From Candidatus Aminicenantes bacterium (GTDB taxonomy: Bacteria; Acidobacteriota; Aminicenantia; UBA2199), in the NCBI GenBank assembly GCA_024644125.1, contig JAHELQ010000002.1:1-40508 (forward strand): a DNA stretch of 40,508 bases. Reading direction: 5' to 3'. Shown here piece by piece: positions 26,716 through 33,781 of the stretch. The notes below the pieces were generated by a model, which saw nothing but the letters and a program-made list of their open reading frames with translations, ran no database searches and was not told the origin of the DNA. Each line of letters begins with the position of its first letter. Position 1 is the stretch's first letter. A program made the translations under genes and the position numbers.

Positions 26716-26847
26716 CTAAAATACCCTGATAATATCAATGAATGCCAGCAGAAACAGAATCACAACCCCCAAAGCACACAGTATTTTAATGTGCCAGGGA
26801 TCACCATTATGGGGATTGTAAGAATAGATTTCCACCGGCCTTCTCAT
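26716..26847 (-). CDS. Unlisted 43-aa single-TM ORF directly after the MuB-like gene
   Basis: Hand translation gives MRRPVEIYSYNPHNGDPWHIKILCALGVVILFLLAFIDIIRVF*. Its ATG abuts the B stop (TAAATG). Its stop lies inside the SD sequence of the next gene (TAGGAGG). It is too short for the ORF track. Confidence 0.4.
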   Translation of the reverse strand: MRRPVEIYSYNPHNGDPWHIKILCALGVVILFLLAFIDIIRVF

Positions 26848-27822
26848 TTACGCCACCATTAAAGTCCTTTCAGCGGCAACAAGATCATCAAGTGTAAGGT
26901 CTCTCCCTTCCTGCTGGACCATATTTATTGCGGTCCGCAAGATCGCCGCCATTGTGCGATAATGCCCTTCACCCTCGGCTTTCTTTTTGAGGAAAGCTAC
27001 TACATCCTTTTGAGCGGTTGTTTTTATTGACTCCAACATCATGTTGATATCCATAGCCTCGACCTCATTTTTTAGCACACACCGCATCAGTTCGCGACTC
27101 CTAATTTGTTGGTAACGGCTCGCGTATTTCCCCGATGTCTGGTTAAGCAATTCCTCTGATCCACAGAAAACACATGGAACGTTGCATTCATCCGAAAGTT
27201 CACGGCAGGCTTCAAGCCCCTGATAACGCAGTTTGTGTGCTTCGTCTACCAAGATCATCGCATCAGTACCAGCGAGCATTTTATGGAGGAGGCGTTCCAT
27301 TTTTTTCTTGCCCCCCTGAATCCCTTTGTGCTCCTTGTATTCGTCCCAATCTTTTTCTGTAATTTCGGTAAAGATATCCTCCAAAATGTCATATTTTCCA
27401 TACCCAGTCTTGGCGGTCACAAGAAAAACTGATTCATTGCTGTCTCTAAAGTGCCGTAGAGTAGTAGTTTTTCCAAGTCCGGCACCTCCAATTATTTTCC
27501 CGAGACTCCGGTGGACTCGCGCATAGGTTAATACGGCGAGAGCTTGCCGGCTTTGATGTGTCTTTAGATATTCAAAATTGAGAAAAGCTGTTTCCTGGGC
27601 AAACCTCAACTGCAGGAATTTCCCAACTTTTTTCCCCAATGTTTCAGAATCTCCATTATATTTTCCCAAAAGCCATTGACTTAAGGCTGCTGGGGATACA
27701 CTCATCGCCTGAGCAATTTTCGATTGTGACCAGTTCTTATTTCTTTTTTGGAAGTTTTTTAAAGCTTCCTTTGCCGTGTTGTCATTGAGAGAATTATTCA
27801 ACATCATTTCGAAATCCTCCAT
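26848..27822 (-). CDS. MuB-like AAA+ transposition ATPase
   Basis: N-terminal HTH (WSQSKIAQAMSVSPAALSQWLLGKYNGD), Walker A GGAGLGKTT and Walker B MILVDEAH. It lies immediately downstream of the transposase. Confidence 0.85.
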   Translation of the reverse strand: MEDFEMMLNNSLNDNTAKEALKNFQKRNKNWSQSKIAQAMSVSPAALSQWLLGKYNGDSETLGKKVGKFLQLRFAQETAFLNFEYLKTHQSRQALAVLTYARVHRSLGKIIGGAGLGKTTTLRHFRDSNESVFLVTAKTGYGKYDILEDIFTEITEKDWDEYKEHKGIQGGKKKMERLLHKMLAGTDAMILVDEAHKLRYQGLEACRELSDECNVPCVFCGSEELLNQTSGKYASRYQQIRSRELMRCVLKNEVEAMDINMMLESIKTTAQKDVVAFLKKKAEGEGHYRTMAAILRTAINMVQQEGRDLTLDDLVAAERTLMVA

Positions 27823-27825
27823 TAT

Positions 27826-29763
27826 TTAAAATTCCGAGAGATGGTTGATCCACCGCTCATATATATCATCTGCTTTAGAATTCTTTTCTGTTTGTGTTTC
27901 TGCATCTGCAAGAGCATCAATAACCTGTGCCGCTCTTGCATCGGCTTTCTTTTGCTGTTCAACCCGCTTTTGTTCTTCGGCTACTATCGCCGCATACTTT
28001 GTACCCACAACTTTTTCGATCATACCCGGCTCCTGGAAATCAGGAATTCCCCGGGAGAATATCAATGCTTCCCTCTGCTCATTGGTCAACTTTTTCGCGT
28101 CATCCAACCAGGGCCTTACCGAATCCTTGAGTACCTTTTTGAGTCTCATCTGCCGTTTATACTCATCAGGATTTGCGCGCCAATGGGCGATTTGACGTTG
28201 TTCCGCAACACCTATATATTTGCCCTTCAGATCAAACAGAAATATTTTCGAAAGATCGTCTTCCGAATATCGTATGAAAACTTTTTCCCCAAGAAGTTTG
28301 AACTGAACTTGATCATTCCAATAGCGCGTGTCAAAGGCTTTGATTCCGTCCCTCTCCACTGTTAGTGGTTTCATATATTTCGAAGTAAGAAGGACAAGTT
28401 CTTCCTCTTTGACAGCTCGCTTTTCTTTCATGAGAGAAAAAAACACCTGGTTGGGAGTCCGTTTTTCCATGCCTTTTCCACGATGCTCCCTTTTTTCGTT
28501 ATAGTAATGATCTACCCAAACATGGATAGCTTCTTTAATATATTCATATGAATGCACCTTTTTCTTTCTGATTTTCTTCTCAAGACCATCGGGGCGTTCC
28601 AGGTAGTTTTTTCCCCGATAACCTGAAAAATAACACGCGAATTCTGTCCGAAATGTCTTGAAAAACCTCTCCACGGTCTTACTTTTGGCATTGTAGGGGA
28701 TTGCCCATGAAGTTTCAATTCCTAGCGTTTCGTATAGGCCTTGGACCTTGATCGCCTCTTTTTTCCCGAGGATTTGTATTTTCTCCTCTCCACCGCGAAA
28801 ATGCTTACATCGATAGTCCTTCCCATTATCCAAGTGCACCATCTCAGGTACACCATATTGAAGGATTGCTTGGCGGAGAGAAATATTAATGGTGTCGCTG
28901 TTAGGCTTCTCCGAAAGAACCCAGGAAATTACTTTGCGACTCCTGACATCATACCAGACGGTTAGCCAGGGAAAACAAACCCGTTCTTCCCCTGTATCGA
29001 GATCACGTATCCGGCAAGCCACATCCACTTGATGATGGTCGGATTCAATAATCTCCATTACATTTACGCTCGTTACATCCCGTTCTATTGATGGGACGCA
29101 AGTATCTTCAAAAACTTTTTTCCCTTCCCTGGCGGCTACTTTCACCGGTTTGGGGATTGCCCGGATGTACCGCCGCCACGTCTCAAATGATCCAACCTTC
29201 CACCCTTTGATTTCGGCGGCTCGGAGGATTTCATTATAAGCAAGCTTCAGCGTCCATCTGTTGCCGTGCAGATACAACCTTCTACCATATTCCAGAGCTT
29301 CTTCCGAAAACACTTCAAACGATGGCCGATTACTTTTCCATCCCGGAAGTAACCCTTTCATCCCATAATCCCGATAGGCTTTTTGCCAGCGAAACAGCGT
29401 AGCCCGGTTTGCGTCAATCCCGGATTCCTGGAGAAATTCGGAAATAACAACGCTTTTCCCTGCCCCTTTCTCCTCGGCGTACCTCGCCCACTCTTGGAGA
29501 ACACTGAACCGGTATTCCGCGATCTTGCGTTTTTTCTCTGTCACATGTGCCGCTTCCTGGACTTCTTTCCGCTGTGTTTCTTCGTATTTTTTTTTTAGTT
29601 CACCACTTAAAGAGGATAGGGCTATTATAAATCTTTCTTTCCCCTTCCTTTGTCTTTTGTCTACTTGTGCTATATACTTATTTGCCTTTATCTTTTTATG
29701 TACAGCTTTTTTCGAAATTCCTTCAAGTTCTGCAACTTCCCGAACAGGGATCCAGATTTCCAT
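27826..29763 (-). CDS. MuA-like DDE transposase
   Basis: N-terminal winged-HTH (VREVAELEGISKKAVHKKI). The DDE triad is IIESDHHQVD (D242), VHLDNGKDY (D312) and TVERFFKTF (E365). The spacings of 70 and 53 aa compare with 67 and 56 in MuA. There is a Mu-transposase C-terminal-like region (ERDGIKAFDTRYWND). Confidence 0.9.
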   Translation of the reverse strand: MEIWIPVREVAELEGISKKAVHKKIKANKYIAQVDKRQRKGKERFIIALSSLSGELKKKYEETQRKEVQEAAHVTEKKRKIAEYRFSVLQEWARYAEEKGAGKSVVISEFLQESGIDANRATLFRWQKAYRDYGMKGLLPGWKSNRPSFEVFSEEALEYGRRLYLHGNRWTLKLAYNEILRAAEIKGWKVGSFETWRRYIRAIPKPVKVAAREGKKVFEDTCVPSIERDVTSVNVMEIIESDHHQVDVACRIRDLDTGEERVCFPWLTVWYDVRSRKVISWVLSEKPNSDTINISLRQAILQYGVPEMVHLDNGKDYRCKHFRGGEEKIQILGKKEAIKVQGLYETLGIETSWAIPYNAKSKTVERFFKTFRTEFACYFSGYRGKNYLERPDGLEKKIRKKKVHSYEYIKEAIHVWVDHYYNEKREHRGKGMEKRTPNQVFFSLMKEKRAVKEEELVLLTSKYMKPLTVERDGIKAFDTRYWNDQVQFKLLGEKVFIRYSEDDLSKIFLFDLKGKYIGVAEQRQIAHWRANPDEYKRQMRLKKVLKDSVRPWLDDAKKLTNEQREALIFSRGIPDFQEPGMIEKVVGTKYAAIVAEEQKRVEQQKKADARAAQVIDALADAETQTEKNSKADDIYERWINHLSEF

Positions 29764-30320
29764 TATTTGCTCCTCGGGATCGATAAGATTTCTATTTTTC
29801 CGCCGACATAACAGTCATACTTTATTGCACATTCGATTGCCTTTTTTATTCTGTCTGTTGTAATAATTTTGCTGTCTCTTAGAGCTTCCAATGCTCCATA
29901 AGCATATTCAGACCCTGAGCCTATGCACACCCAATCAGCATACTCAACTAGATTACAATTTCGTTCAATGTGCCACAAGCTCTTGCGAAATGCTAATACC
30001 ATTGAGTTTATCTCCCACTCACCCTCAATGCCCATTCCATTTTGTTTGAATACATCAATCATGCGTGGAATAAATATTCTAACTAAATATTCACGAGTAC
30101 TATATCCAAATGGCATTTTCGGTAAAACAAAATTACTTTCAACAATAGTTTTTTGCCTTGTACTACCTACGCAACCAATAACCATCTCTTTTCCGCATAT
30201 TGTTTTCTTTTTAAATATTTTTTTATGGTCTGTGGTCGAGATAAAAGAGCCGGCAGTCAGTTGAGAATCTGCCCCAACATATATATTTCCTTCATCTATA
30301 TATCCAACTACAACACTCAT
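29763..30320 (-). CDS. HslV / proteasome-beta-like Ntn hydrolase with an N-terminal Ser in place of Thr
   Basis: Aligns by eye along its whole length to E. coli HslV. MSVVVGYIDEGNIYVGADSQLTAG matches [23 protein letters not shown]; HKKIF matches VKKV; VIGCVGS matches IAGFAGG; IGSGSEYAYGALEAL matches IGSGGPYAQAAARAL. Confidence 0.8.
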   Translation of the reverse strand: MSVVVGYIDEGNIYVGADSQLTAGSFISTTDHKKIFKKKTICGKEMVIGCVGSTRQKTIVESNFVLPKMPFGYSTREYLVRIFIPRMIDVFKQNGMGIEGEWEINSMVLAFRKSLWHIERNCNLVEYADWVCIGSGSEYAYGALEALRDSKIITTDRIKKAIECAIKYDCYVGGKIEILSIPRSK

Positions 30321-30535
30321 GATTTCTCCTCTAAATATTTCTCAACAAGCCTTTCTTCTAGGTATTTTATGAAGGTGATCAATTCATCGAGAGACGTTTT
30401 CTCTTTGACATCCTTTGATGAAATAGCAAGTGCCAGCAAAGCTTCTGTTGAAACCTCTACTTTTTTTGCCAAGAGCTTTGCCTTGATCGCTTTTTTTTGT
30501 CTAGCATCTATTTCAAAATGGGTAATCGTTTTCAT
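30317..30535 (-). CDS. Hypothetical small helical protein
   Basis: 72 aa, ATGA-coupled to the HslV-like gene. Confidence 0.4.
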   Translation of the reverse strand: MKTITHFEIDARQKKAIKAKLLAKKVEVSTEALLALAISSKDVKEKTSLDELITFIKYLEERLVEKYLEEKS

Positions 30536-30869
30536 CTAGCCGTCCTTCGTCCTTACAAATATTTCTATTTGATACCCAGCGAACGCGCTCTTCACCAAAG
30601 TAGTCAAATCGTATTTTGCTTCTCCCAAAAGGTTTTCCCTCAAGAAGTTCTCCGTGTAGTATCCACCACGGACCATGATTCTCTACACGCCAATATTCAA
30701 TTTGCACTCCATCTTGGAGGTTGGGGCGAAGGGGGTGCAACATGCACAACCCTTCGCCCCTTTTATGTCGTTTGCCCACAACAGGCGTTGGTGAGTTAGG
30801 CGAGGGGAGTCGGCCATTCTCCCCCGCCCATATATTTTTTGAATCACAATAAAAGACACTTTTTTTCAT
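30513..30869 (-). CDS. Hypothetical protein
   Basis: 118-aa ORF. Its start overlaps the stop of the upstream gene (ATGA). Confidence 0.4.
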   Translation of the reverse strand: MKKSVFYCDSKNIWAGENGRLPSPNSPTPVVGKRHKRGEGLCMLHPLRPNLQDGVQIEYWRVENHGPWWILHGELLEGKPFGRSKIRFDYFGEERVRWVSNRNICKDEGRLDENDYPF

Positions 30870-31063
30870 TGGATAACCTCAACGCTTTCTACACTTACAC
30901 GTGAAAGTTTTACCTTGATCCCACAGTTGCAGGTATGTTCAAGCCAAAGACCACCAAATTTCCGCACTACTGTTGCCAAGGTTCCAGCCGGTAATGTCAC
31001 CCAGCCATTCGTAATTTCCCGCAACGTCATCACTCGTTTCCCTTCCCATTCGCTTGCTTTCAT
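30866..31063 (-). CDS. Hypothetical small protein
   Basis: 65 aa, ATGA-coupled on both sides. Confidence 0.4.
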   Translation of the reverse strand: MKASEWEGKRVMTLREITNGWVTLPAGTLATVVRKFGGLWLEHTCNCGIKVKLSRVSVESVEVIQ

Positions 31064-31962
31064 TGTTTCCCCCGTAATCTTTTCATTACCTCTGAGAGCC
31101 TATCTTTTATCCCTTTACTTGAAAAGATAACGATTGCTCCAATGTCTTCCCGGTCTACCTCAATCACTCTCCCATCCTCTTCCAACTCGATTTCTAATAT
31201 TTCCCTCGTAATTTTCGTTATCGTTCCATACGCCCAAGTTTTTTTCAACTTATCGGTCCGACATATTACACGATCATGGACTAATAATCCTGAGATCAAC
31301 TGCCGATCAAAAGTGATCGACTTGGGGAAGACTCTACTTTTATTTACGAAAGCATCATTTTTGCGGCCCTCAACTCTAACACATGCATAGGGGCCCGCAA
31401 ACTCTTTGAAAACTGCATTATATACACAGTAACCTGTAAAATACTTTACTTCAATTCCCTGCGAAAACGTGTTGTGATACCTTGCAATGATTGCTCGCAC
31501 GGACCGAACTATATCATCATCATATGAATATATCAGAGTATTTCCTTCGTTTATTATAGAATTGAGCTCTCTAACCCGACAATCAACTCTCACTTTTGCC
31601 TTAGAAAGTCTCTCATCTTCCACAGCCTCTAGCTTCACAATTTTTTCCAGCTCACTTATATTTTTACGTCTATTGCCCTTCTTATTCTTATACAACTGAA
31701 GTGAAAGCCATGTTTTAAATGTTTCGCAATCATGCAAAGCGGAAAGCGCAAGGACTATTTCTTTCGATTTCCCCAGTTCCTTAAAAACAAAGCCAGTTGC
31801 GAATATTTGCCCGCACCAATCAAACGTTTCAGATTTATAGTCGGGGAATATTTCTTCGGCTATCTTGTCTCCCGTTTTAACATCTACTGCAATGAGGCAG
31901 CGCAATTCTCCGCCGTTTAATTCTACGGCATCGACATAGATTGTTTCAATTTGCGCAGACAT
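31060..31962 (-). CDS. Hypothetical 300-aa early protein
   Basis: The preferred start, ATG 31962 (MSAQIETIY), has GGAGG 7 nt upstream. The longer ORF start at 32022 lies inside the upstream gene. No motif I recognise. Confidence 0.55.
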   Translation of the reverse strand: MSAQIETIYVDAVELNGGELRCLIAVDVKTGDKIAEEIFPDYKSETFDWCGQIFATGFVFKELGKSKEIVLALSALHDCETFKTWLSLQLYKNKKGNRRKNISELEKIVKLEAVEDERLSKAKVRVDCRVRELNSIINEGNTLIYSYDDDIVRSVRAIIARYHNTFSQGIEVKYFTGYCVYNAVFKEFAGPYACVRVEGRKNDAFVNKSRVFPKSITFDRQLISGLLVHDRVICRTDKLKKTWAYGTITKITREILEIELEEDGRVIEVDREDIGAIVIFSSKGIKDRLSEVMKRLRGKQ

Positions 31963-32410
31963 CGATCCCCTCCGCTCCTTCGAGCTCCGCCACCTCTGCC
32001 TGCATTTCTTGTATTTTCTCACGAAGGGCTAGAACCCTTCTTTCCTTCGCCTCATCTGATAATGCAACCTTGATCTCGCGCAGGGGCTCGGCAACGAGCA
32101 AAAGTGGATAATAGTTCCCAGTAACCTGACAGAGTGCCGCGATCAATGACGCACGTATGCGGTGCTTCGGCTCTTCCGGTGAGTTATATTTATATAATTG
32201 TCGAGCTGTCACCTCGGTACCTATTAGCTGCGACATTTCCGCAGCTATGGTATAGTTGTCTTTCGGGCAATTTTTCACAGCGAGCTGGCAGGCTTGAGCC
32301 ATTTGACGATCATGGTCAAACCCAACCTGCGGAAAATATCTATCAAATTCCATCCGTTGCTCCCACTCTTTCCCCACCATGCGTGGGAAAGTTTTTCTTA
32401 GATTTCCCAT
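31946..32410 (-). CDS. Early regulatory protein candidate (CII/CP76-like segment plus C-terminal coiled coil)
   Basis: 154 aa. IAAEMSQLIGTEVTARQLYKYNSPEEPKHRIRASLIAALCQVTGNYYPLLLV resembles phage CII-type regulators. A GGGAGA SD sequence lies upstream. Confidence 0.4.
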   Translation of the reverse strand: MGNLRKTFPRMVGKEWEQRMEFDRYFPQVGFDHDRQMAQACQLAVKNCPKDNYTIAAEMSQLIGTEVTARQLYKYNSPEEPKHRIRASLIAALCQVTGNYYPLLLVAEPLREIKVALSDEAKERRVLALREKIQEMQAEVAELEGAEGIDVCAN

Positions 32411-32464
32411 TGCTTTCTCCCTTGAAGCATTTTATAATTACATATAATGTCAAGCGCAATTTGT

Positions 32465-32671
32465 TTAACTCGCATTTACGGCCACCGCAAGAATCGCAAT
32501 CTCTCGGTCAACATATTCCGAATCTCGATGGCCATTTATTACCCTCGACACCCATTCGGGCCTTCGATTGATCCGCGCAGCGAAGTCCCTTTGGCTTATG
32601 CCATTTCGCAACAATACATATTTACTAAATGCTGCTTTTTGTTTTCTAAGGTCAATTTGTTGAACTTTCAT
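32465..32671 (-). CDS. Cro/Ner-like small HTH regulator, first gene of the early operon
   Basis: 68 aa with HTH ISQRDFAARINRRPEWVSRVINGH. It is divergent from the repressor gene, and its ATG lies 6 nt after a -10 box. Confidence 0.6.
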   Translation of the reverse strand: MKVQQIDLRKQKAAFSKYVLLRNGISQRDFAARINRRPEWVSRVINGHRDSEYVDREIAILAVAVNAS

Positions 32672-32685
32672 GTTACAATAGTAAC
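32672..32685. promoter_or_regulatory. Operator candidate 1: perfect palindrome GTTAC-AATA-GTAAC
   Basis: Read directly from the sequence. It covers the -10 box and predicted start site of the early promoter. Confidence 0.5.
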
Positions 32686-32706
32686 ATCGTTGCCTTGTTT
32701 TGTCAA
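32678..32706 (-). promoter_or_regulatory. Early promoter (sigma70-like): TTGACA-17 nt-TACTAT, then 6 nt to the ATG
   Basis: The reverse complement of 32669-32706 reads TTGACAaaacaaggcaacgatgtTACTATtgtaacATG. The -35 is a consensus match, the spacing is ideal, and no room is left for an SD sequence. The transcript is therefore probably leaderless. Confidence 0.6.
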
Positions 32707-32711
32707 CAAAA
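32698..32711. promoter_or_regulatory. Operator candidate 2: palindrome TTTTGT-CA-ACAAAA
   Basis: Read directly from the sequence. It overlaps the -35 hexamer of the early promoter. Confidence 0.4.
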
Positions 32712-32738
32712 AAATAATAATATTTACAAGAGTAGCCT

Positions 32739-33158
32739 GTGAATAAAGAAGATCAAATTAATGTTGGCCTTAGATTTAAAGAAATAAGAAAGACGCTTAA
32801 TCTTGGGCAAAGTGAACTTGCAAATATAGCCGGTGTTTCGCGCTCCCTCCTGTCTTTATGCGAGAATGGTACAAAAACCCCGAGTTACCAACTATTGGTG
32901 GCTCTGGCAACAAAGTTAAACATAGATATCAACTGGCTTATTTCTGGCAACGGTGACATGTTTACGGGGCCAAAGATAGATTATGGTGCACTTACCGATG
33001 AGATGCAAGATATGTTTTTTCATATTGAACACATCCCCGAACTTCGGCTACATATTCTTGAAGAATTTCTACATTTCAAAATAAGAAATAAGGAGAAAAT
33101 AGAGAAACAGCTAAGCAAGGAACGTAAAGGAAAAGAAAAAGGGAGAATTGCCAGATGA
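32739..33158 (+). CDS. XRE/CI-type HTH repressor (prophage immunity repressor candidate)
   Basis: LRFKEIRKTLNLGQSELANIAGVSRSLLSLCENGTKTPSYQLLVALATKLNIDINWLISGNG is a classic HTH_3 / phage CI N-terminal domain. The start is GTG with no obvious SD sequence. The gene is divergent from the early operon, and it has no S24 peptidase domain. Confidence 0.8.
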   Translation: MNKEDQINVGLRFKEIRKTLNLGQSELANIAGVSRSLLSLCENGTKTPSYQLLVALATKLNIDINWLISGNGDMFTGPKIDYGALTDEMQDMFFHIEHIPELRLHILEEFLHFKIRNKEKIEKQLSKERKGKEKGRIAR

Positions 33159-33781
33159 ATGAAAGGGAAAGCTTTAAGGAAGAACTTCTAGATTTACTAA
33201 ATATTCCTGAAGTAGAAAAAATAATAATGATTTCGCTTGAACGCGCGAAATTTTCTTGCGCAACCGAAATTCAGACATACGTTGATTTAAAAAATCATTT
33301 TGTCCCAACAGCGGGTAAACGCTTAATGATACTCGAAAATGCAAAGGAAATTGTATATCGTTTTGAAATAGAATTTCATGAGAATTGTTCTTCTGTTTCT
33401 AAGTTTGAGCCAGCACCACCACCAGGACAATCAATAACCGATATCATTGACAAAGACATCTTGAAAAGCATTACTGAGAAAGTCTCGGATCGTCAAAAAA
33501 TTCATAGCTTAAAAAATAAGAATAAGCACATTGAATTTGTTCGGTTCCCTAGTACTGCCTTTGGATCTATTCGTGATAGTATAGCGAAAAAGAGCAATCC
33601 AAACGATTGCATTACATTATCAATTGATCCACAAGCTGGAGAGTTTGAAGAAATGTTCTATTATATGAAGAAATTTCCACAATTGAAAGCAAGCTTATTT
33701 ACTCAATTCTACTACATGCTCCCTCACTTTGAGATTTCGCAAAGCGACAATACAGAAGATGTCAATGTCGAAATTATCTAA
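33155..33781 (+). CDS. Hypothetical 208-aa protein translationally coupled to the repressor
   Basis: Its ATG overlaps the repressor stop (ATGA at 33155-33158). The DNA is AT-rich. No motif I recognise. Confidence 0.6.
   Translation: MNERESFKEELLDLLNIPEVEKIIMISLERAKFSCATEIQTYVDLKNHFVPTAGKRLMILENAKEIVYRFEIEFHENCSSVSKFEPAPPPGQSITDIIDKDILKSITEKVSDRQKIHSLKNKNKHIEFVRFPSTAFGSIRDSIAKKSNPNDCITLSIDPQAGEFEEMFYYMKKFPQLKASLFTQFYYMLPHFEISQSDNTEDVNVEII

Noticed and set aside
32429-32453. Second TTGACA hexamer upstream of the 154-aa early gene
   Set aside because: The best -10-like hexamer (TAAAAT) is only 13 nt away, which is wrong spacing for a sigma70 promoter.
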